64,000 nucleotides of DNA, taken from the NCBI GenBank assembly GCA_013239625.1, contig MU054049.1, positions 445,015 through 509,014 of the forward strand, given 5' to 3'. Shown one piece after another: positions 61,701-64,000 of this stretch (the stretch's first letter is position 1; each line of letters opens with the position of its first letter). A model generated the notes under the pieces. The model did no database searches. It saw only the letters and a program-made list of their open reading frames with translations, and was not told the origin of the DNA. The position numbers and the translations under genes are program-made. The DNA comes from Lama guanicoe (taxonomy: Eukaryota).

Positions 61701-62015
61701 GACCTGAAACAACATTTCCCAACTGAATGGGAAGATGAAGGCTGACCTCGTCTGGAGGACCAGCTGGACTTTGTCACCGAGGGTTCCTCTTAAAGGGGAA
61801 GAGGGATGCTGGGGGACGCAAAGCTGAGTGTGACTTGTTGAGGGCTGGCAGGCGTCTGGAGGAGCTCAGTCGGCCTTGGGGCCTGCCCAGCTGGCCGGTC
61901 TCCCACCACCCTCCAGCCCTGCCCCGTCTAACCCAGCAGTTACCACAATCGATCCAGGCAGGTGCAAGGTCACCGGGGCCTCTCCAGCCAGCAGGGCGAA
62001 CTCCGGCCTGGAGAA
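717..62015 (-). CDS. FRMPD2: FERM and PDZ domain-containing protein 2, spliced partial CDS (20 internal exons plus a candidate last exon; 5' exons outside the window)
   Basis: Joined exons give an uninterrupted frame with a FERM domain (LEVKCD...YFGL...KFFV...[13 protein letters not shown]...LALQAEFG...QLPEYGV...LGICAKGV) and three PDZ domains with GFGF, TLGF and GLGF loops; all introns are GT-AG and phase-compatible; peptides match FRMPD2 as recalled. Confidence 0.96.
1880..2090 (+). mobile_element. CR1/L3 LINE 3' fragment (ancient)
   Basis: gatttcaccttaatagaaggaagaactttc...aaaatgggccacctcaagaggtag...cctggagctattcaggc resembles the L3 3' end. Confidence 0.6.
3453..3796 (-). CDS. FRMPD2: FRMPD2 exon (~28), C-terminal region, [18 protein letters not shown]...[19 protein letters not shown]
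   Basis: 344 nt, ttcaatag| acceptor, |gtaagt donor, phase 0-2; ORF 3449..3790. Confidence 0.95.
5020..5285 (+). mobile_element. L1MA-type 3' UTR fragment
   Basis: ttctggaatctaat...atactgtatcatatacctgaatgttgctcagagtgtaaatcc...caattatatctc. Confidence 0.7.
5406..5455. repeat. (TACA)n microsatellite
   Basis: About 10 perfect tetramer copies. Confidence 0.95.
5900..7290 (+). mobile_element. L2 LINE fragment (decayed)
   Basis: Pyrimidine-rich L2 motifs: ctacctctcagcagcattcaac, ccatccatccagttgctcaggccaaa, gcccttgcacttgctcttccttctgcctgg. Boundaries approximate. Confidence 0.7.
7870..8280 (+). mobile_element. LTR16-like ERVL solo LTR (decayed)
   Basis: ggctgctgggagtgctggctgct, cagagctccctgtggg, agtctgtgtcccagg motifs. 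Confidence 0.5.
8284..8819 (+). mobile_element. MLT2 (ERVL) solo LTR with internal TA/CA-rich tract
   Basis: Starts tgctggtgaattttatgtgtcaacttggctggg; ends cctattggtcttatttctccagagaacgtgactaata. Confidence 0.85.
9314..9412 (-). CDS. FRMPD2: FRMPD2 exon (~27), end of PDZ3, [33 protein letters not shown]
   Basis: 99 nt, tctggtag| acceptor, |gtaaga donor, phase 0-0. Confidence 0.95.
10203..10420 (+). mobile_element. MER20 (non-autonomous hAT-Charlie DNA transposon)
   Basis: catggtttctcagcc...tgtcctgtgcattg...ctctacccactagatgccagtagca...gggaacctctg; decayed 8-bp TSD atccaaac/atctggac. Confidence 0.88.
11238..11361 (-). mobile_element. 5'-truncated tRNA-derived SINE (Vic-1-like)
   Basis: ggtgctggggatagaactcaggacctcgtgtatg is the reverse complement of a B-box region; same tail structure as the copy at 46361. 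Confidence 0.7.
11564..11778 (-). CDS. FRMPD2: FRMPD2 exon (~26), PDZ3, [23 protein letters not shown]...[18 protein letters not shown]
   Basis: 215 nt, atacag| acceptor, |gtggga donor, phase 1-0. Confidence 0.95.
11945..12258. mobile_element. MER33/MER3-like hAT-Charlie MITE
   Basis: ctacattttaaaaagtaagaggaaacag...cacacttcaagtactcagtggccacactggcaagtgggtacc. Confidence 0.7.
12911..13586 (+). mobile_element. Lineage-specific L1 3' end with 5' inversion
   Basis: 12911-12982 is antisense L1 ORF2-end sequence; 12983-13586 is sense sequence ending in an A-rich tail; decayed TSD aaagaggttaa/aaaggggttga. Confidence 0.88.
14158..14305 (-). CDS. FRMPD2: FRMPD2 exon (~25), [49 protein letters not shown]
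   Basis: 148 nt, ttctag| acceptor, |gtgaga donor, phase 0-1. Confidence 0.94.
14370..15125 (+). mobile_element. L2 LINE fragment (decayed)
   Basis: ctccaatctagactat...tccagagctatatttccac, aaagcctccagtgttacccatc, cccagcacagaatcccaggcc motifs. Boundaries approximate. Confidence 0.55.
16177..16262 (-). CDS. FRMPD2: FRMPD2 exon (~24), PDZ2, [29 protein letters not shown]
   Basis: 86 nt, ctcccag| acceptor, |gtgagt donor, phase 1-0. Confidence 0.95.
17098..17191 (-). CDS. FRMPD2: FRMPD2 exon (~23), PDZ2, [31 protein letters not shown]
   Basis: 94 nt, tttccag| acceptor, |gtgagg donor, phase 0-1. Confidence 0.95.
18211..18312 (-). CDS. FRMPD2: FRMPD2 exon (~22), start of PDZ2, [34 protein letters not shown]
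   Basis: 102 nt, tggcag| acceptor, |gtaaga donor, phase 0-0. Confidence 0.94.
19880..20085 (-). CDS. FRMPD2: FRMPD2 exon (~21), PDZ1-PDZ2 linker, [23 protein letters not shown]...PRLSTLPLK
   Basis: 206 nt, gtatag| acceptor, |gtaata donor, phase 1-0. Confidence 0.92.
22754..22870 (-). CDS. FRMPD2: FRMPD2 exon (~20), PDZ1, [39 protein letters not shown]
   Basis: 117 nt, tttccag| acceptor, |gtatgt donor, phase 1-1; preceded by a 92-nt intron. Confidence 0.95.
22963..23070 (-). CDS. FRMPD2: FRMPD2 exon (~19), PDZ1, [36 protein letters not shown]
   Basis: 108 nt, ttacag| acceptor, |gtatgt donor, phase 1-1. Confidence 0.95.
23760..23849 (-). CDS. FRMPD2: FRMPD2 exon (~18), start of PDZ1, [30 protein letters not shown]
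   Basis: 90 nt, ctctag| acceptor, |gtaaga donor, phase 1-1. Confidence 0.93.
24896..24996 (-). CDS. FRMPD2: FRMPD2 exon (~17), [34 protein letters not shown]
   Basis: 101 nt, ccccacag| acceptor, |gtatgg donor, phase 2-1. Confidence 0.9.
25147..25823 (+). mobile_element. Lineage-specific L1 3' end, 5'-truncated, with 13-bp TSD
   Basis: aatagacttaccctatgattcagcaatcccacttctgggc...actatacttcaa plus A-rich tail; TSD agaagtgtgctgg (25134-25146) / agaagtgcactgg (25824-25836). Confidence 0.92.
26491..26647. repeat. Minisatellite, about 8 copies of a 20-bp unit ATCACCCAGGCTGTCCCTCC
   Basis: Units start at 26491, 26511, 26531, 26551, 26571, 26591, 26611 and 26630. Confidence 0.92.
27310..27620 (+). 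mobile_element. L1MB-type 3' end
   Basis: cacaaaaagacaaagactgtgtgattccact...gttctggagattggctgcacaacaatgtgaat...ttttaccacaattaaaa. Confidence 0.8.
27836..28304 (-). mobile_element. ERV1-type solo LTR (MER41-like), 469 bp
   Basis: TG...CA termini flanked by perfect 4-bp TSD GGCT (27832-27835 / 28305-28308); minus-strand AATAAA near 27881-27886. Family name from resemblance only. Confidence 0.82.
29390..29660 (+). mobile_element. LTR16-like ERVL LTR fragment
   Basis: cagacagacaattccagggg...cctgcttcctgatctcacctccacaaaaaccacctgcatgcaagtc...ctctgcttccgggg. Confidence 0.5.
29987..31025 (+). mobile_element. MaLR MLT1 (MLT1F/G/H-like) LTR split by a younger LTR
   Basis: gtgatagattaaagagggccaca...ctttgacactcctac [insert] atcaagaggtgg...ttttaagccactctgctttggag...gttacaccacaatagat. 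Confidence 0.75.
30029..30564 (+). mobile_element. ERV1-type solo LTR, 536 bp, nested in MLT1
   Basis: TG...CA termini with perfect 4-bp TSD CTAC (30025-30028 / 30565-30568); five tgattgg repeats, octamer ATTTGCAT, AATAAA at 30368 and 30440. Confidence 0.88.
31857..32067 (-). CDS. FRMPD2: FRMPD2 exon (~16), [36 protein letters not shown]...GAQGLRG
   Basis: 211 nt, tttcag| acceptor, |gtgggt donor, phase 1-2. Confidence 0.93.
32910..33072. repeat. Imperfect (TG)n microsatellite
   Basis: About 160 bp of TG-rich repeat. Confidence 0.92.
33410..33625 (-). mobile_element. MIR SINE
   Basis: tatgtgccaggcac...ctcatttaatcctcacaataaccctgtggggtaggtatcattatacccattttatagatgaggaaa (MIR core). Other MIR fragments near 19700, 20450, 20780, 23110, 28950, 37570, 39460, 45190 and 54180. 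Confidence 0.85.
35065..35700 (-). mobile_element. L2 LINE 3' end
   Basis: cattcattcattcaa tail; cctgccctccaggaactcccagtctac; ggaacagcattgcaggcagagg. Confidence 0.7.
35986..36930 (+). mobile_element. Older L1 (L1MA-type) ORF2 end and 3' UTR
   Basis: acatgaaaagatgttca...gggaatgtaaattggtacagc...gatctggcaattccacgtctgggtatata...A-rich tail. Confidence 0.88.
37678..37810. mobile_element. MER5A-like hAT-Charlie MITE
   Basis: cagggttcccaaagg...catccagatcacctggg...aaatgcagattctgattcagg. Confidence 0.65.
37953..38100 (-). CDS. FRMPD2: FRMPD2 exon (~15), [49 protein letters not shown]
   Basis: 148 nt, cttcag| acceptor, |gtgagt donor, phase 0-1. Confidence 0.94.
38457..39332 (-). mobile_element. Lineage-specific L1 3' end in the same orientation as FRMPD2
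   Basis: Poly-T followed by tgaagtatagtcagttaca...tggatatatgcccaggagtgggattgctggatcatatgg...tttgcatttctctgataa. Confidence 0.92.
40510..40832 (+). mobile_element. Short lineage-specific L1 3' end
   Basis: acagacataaaaaacaaacttatggttacc...ctgtatagcacagggaac...actatacttcaa. Confidence 0.85.
41431..42572 (+). mobile_element. Zaphod/MER115-like hAT-Tip100 element
   Basis: 5' end tagaggcagatgtgccatgaagctaaggaagc; hAT dimerisation remnant [17 protein letters not shown] (~42243-42293); 3' end agagccctgcagagcctggattctccc. Confidence 0.7.
44618..44803 (-). CDS. FRMPD2: FRMPD2 exon (~14), FERM C-lobe, [15 protein letters not shown]...[35 protein letters not shown]
   Basis: 186 nt, ttccag| acceptor, |gtgagt donor, phase 0-0. 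Confidence 0.95.
46361..46565 (-). mobile_element. Near full-length tRNA-Ala-like SINE (Vic-1-type, camelid)
   Basis: Minus strand gggagtatagctcagtggtagagtgcatgcctagcatgcacaaggtcctcggttcaatccc (A and B boxes), then a CA/A-rich tail; TSD tgaatctgtttgc (46348-46360) / tgagtctgtttgc (46567-46579). Confidence 0.85.
46963..47566 (+). mobile_element. Lineage-specific L1 3' end with TSD aagagattt
   Basis: catagcagcactatttacaatagc...aaactgactatacctcaa plus A-rich tail; TSD at 46954-46962 / 47567-47575. Confidence 0.9.
48962..49359 (+). mobile_element. Lineage-specific L1 3' end
   Basis: gatcatactaagtgaagtaagtcagacagagaaag...tacttcaattaaaaaaaaa. Confidence 0.88.
50709..50864 (-). CDS. FRMPD2: FRMPD2 exon (~13), [52 protein letters not shown]
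   Basis: 156 nt, tttccag|CAG tandem acceptor, |gtgagg donor, phase 0-0. Confidence 0.95.
51757..52615 (+). mobile_element. L1MC-type ORF2 end and 3' UTR
   Basis: gatgtggagcaacaggaactctcattcatcgctggtggg...ctaagtgaaagaagccagtctgg...caattttgctgtgaacc. Confidence 0.88.
55541..55587. repeat. (GGAT)n/(GGAC)n microsatellite at an L2-like tail
   Basis: ttggatggatggatggatgaatggatggacggacggacggatgga. Confidence 0.85.
55717..55855 (-). CDS. FRMPD2: FRMPD2 exon (~12), FERM central lobe, [46 protein letters not shown]
   Basis: 139 nt, tttcccag| acceptor, |gtaggg donor, phase 2-0; translated by hand (frame not in ORF track). Confidence 0.95.
56513..56663 (-). CDS. FRMPD2: FRMPD2 exon (~11), [25 protein letters not shown]...[13 protein letters not shown]
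   Basis: 151 nt, tttcag| acceptor, |gtgagt donor, phase 1-2. Confidence 0.95.
57070..57437 (+). mobile_element. MaLR MLT1A/B solo LTR
   Basis: atggactgaatgtttatatccc...ttagatgaggtcatgagggtggggccccc...gacttcccagcctcccaaactctgagaaataaa...caagaca. Confidence 0.88.
58705..59336 (-). mobile_element. L1MB-type 3' end
   Basis: ttttattgtgg...cctggcaaccaccattctgctttctgtc...tttttgaggaaactccatactgttttccataatggctgtacc. Confidence 0.88.
59632..59806 (-). CDS. FRMPD2: FRMPD2 exon (~10), FERM N-lobe, [28 protein letters not shown]...YFGLACLK
   Basis: 175 nt, ttgcag| acceptor, |gtaagt donor, phase 0-1; inside ORF 59585..59851. Confidence 0.95.
59870..60050 (-). mobile_element. MIR SINE
   Basis: ctcatttaactgacaaacaaccctaagagatgag...aaggctcagaga...cttgcccagagttgcacagttagtaa. 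Confidence 0.75.
61944..62015 (-). CDS. FRMPD2: FRMPD2 internal exon (~human exon 9), [24 protein letters not shown]
   Basis: 72 nt, tttcctcag| acceptor, |gtaact donor, phase 0-0. Confidence 0.92.
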
Positions 62016-62959
62016 CTGAGGAAACATGCAGGGTCACTCACGGTAGAGAAGTCATGTTCCACGGGGCTGGACCCCCAGCTGCAGAACTGGGCTTCCCCCA
62101 TGGCTTCACACCCCTGAACCACCAGCAGCATGCCCACCCCCAGAGCCAGCGGGAAGTAGGTGCCAGTGAAGTGAAGCTCAACTGGGTCGAGGCCCTAGTA
62201 GGCTGGGCATCTGGGAGCGGATGTCTCACAAGTTGGTGTGGTCTGGGGATGTTCAAGCTCTTCTTTCGGGGATCCACTTCATTCTAAATTTCATAATTTA
62301 CGCCTCCTTTATATCATCTTTTAATATCTCAAAATTATTAAACACAGTATACCAGACAAATATGTATTATATGCAATAAGTTTTGCTGAAAACAAAAATA
62401 CCTTTAGATTTAGATTCAATGAAACGTTTTTCCAGCTCAACCCTGGATATGGAATCAGTTGTGCCCATGAACAGCTATTCTCAGTTTCACAATACTTGCT
62501 GTTTCTGTCACACTTGTGACCCAGGAAATGCCTACATACCATCACTATTTAGACCCAGCCATCACCCTGTGCAGTGGGAATTCTCAGCCTGTTTTGCAAG
62601 AAGCTGAGACCCCAAAGGGTAAGAAACTCACCCAAATCTAACACCAGTGTGTGATAGGATTGGGCGGGCCTTCTAATGTGTCCCCCAAGAGGCCACCAGT
62701 CCTGCCAGGGGGTGACCTGTGTCCTGAAAGAGTTCCCAATAGACGCATCTTTAGTGAGTGGTTATGAAGAAACCCTAAAGCAGGTGAACAAGCCCTCCCT
62801 GATGCCGGGTCAGCCATGAAGACTTGACAGTGGCCTTGGAGGGCAGCAGGGGCTGGAGGGGAGTGAGAGCCCGGAGGCACACAGGAGAGGATGTCCTGAG
62901 GATACCCTGGGCTCAGCTCATCCCTAGTTTATTGAGCATCTTTAAACAAATCTCTCTGC

Positions 62960-62960
<1 letters not shown>

Positions 62961-63003
<43 letters not shown>
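62961..63003. repeat. (CAGA)n microsatellite
   Basis: About 10 perfect tetramer copies. Confidence 0.95.
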
Positions 63004-63005
<2 letters not shown>

Positions 63006-64000
63006 GCCTTCCGGGGGCATCTGAGTCTGACATTCCCAAAGGATCCCTGATGCTCAGACAGAAGGCCTGGCAGAGGCAGCCTCCTCAGTGAACAGCCTGC
63101 CCAGGAGGGGCTTGTCACAGATCCAGGGCCACCGATTCCCACAGTCATCATGGGCTTGTGTGGTTATTATAAGTTTTTCAAAAGAAACCGAACAAGAAAT
63201 TCACAGAAATACAAAGCACTAATAAGTATATGAAAAATGTCCAATCTGATCTTCACTGTTAATTGAACAAATATAAATGCCATTTTTCAGCCATCAGTAT
63301 GTCAAAGATTACCAATGATAGCATCCTGATTCTAGAATGGTTACACTGAAATAGACACTCATGGGTTGTTGATGAAAGTAAAACTGGTTACATTGCTGGA
63401 AAACGACTTGATGGTATTGTTGGAGGAAACAGTAAAAAATGGGGTCAAAGAAAAAAAAATTTTTAAACAGTTTTTCAGCTAATGATGTTATCGTGCATTG
63501 GGAAGGGACGCTTTTTATCTGACACCGGAAGTGGCTCAGACAGCTGGTGCCAGGGCTGTTTTGGCAGGAAGGTGCATCCTGGGACCACCCTGGATCTCAC
63601 CCTCCAGCACAGGCTCAGCGAACTGGCCCCTTAGCAGAGACCAGCCTGCCAGCAAGAAGTCAGGGGTCCCCAGAGCCATGAGCAGCCTGGACTTCCAAGG
63701 CTTTCAAGCCTCAACTTCCCACGCTTGTCCAAATCCTACTGCCCTGTGTACCAAGCAGAATGGAGAATCTCTCCCCCATGACTGTCCCAGCCAGACCTTC
63801 GGTCCCACATTTCACCTGCTCAGAAGGCCCCTTCCAAGAACATTCCACCTTGCCAGCTCTTACCAGCTCCCGTGTTCTGCCACCACCCCACACCAACGGC
63901 TGTGGACTTCCTGAACCCGGCAGCTTCAACCTTCTGTCCTACAGAGTCTACAGCAAGACCACTCAAGAACATGCCCTGAATTGCACATTTCAGGATGATT

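Noticed and set aside
61090..61722. Overlapping 117-178 aa ORFs
   Set aside because: GC-rich intron sequence with few stops; no domain or splice support.
62016..64000. Search for the next upstream FRMPD2 exon
   Set aside because: No matching peptide with splice sites found; it probably lies beyond the window.

Overview
Mammalian genomic DNA, probably camelid (inferred from tRNA-Ala-like Vic-1-type SINEs). The whole window lies within one minus-strand gene, FRMPD2 (FERM and PDZ domain-containing protein 2). I read 20 consecutive internal coding exons from 62015 down to 3453, all with canonical AG/GT boundaries and matching phases (2948 nt, no stops or frameshifts). They encode the FERM domain, three PDZ domains and the C-terminal region, and correspond to about exons 9-28 of the human gene as I recall it. 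A candidate terminal exon lies at 783-717 with an AATAAA at 631-626. The 5' KIND-domain exons lie beyond the window. Introns are filled with transposon fossils: L1 3' ends (one with a twin-priming inversion), two solo ERV1-type LTRs with perfect 4-bp TSDs, MaLR/ERVL LTRs, L2, MIR, CR1, MER20, and a decayed Charlie transposase with other elements nested inside it. I found no convincing novel biological system. The best leads are an in-frame intronic ATG for a short isoform, an apparently non-human C-terminal exon, and a CCAAT-array/octamer LTR pointing antisense to the gene. Family names and human comparisons are from recognition and memory, not database searches.
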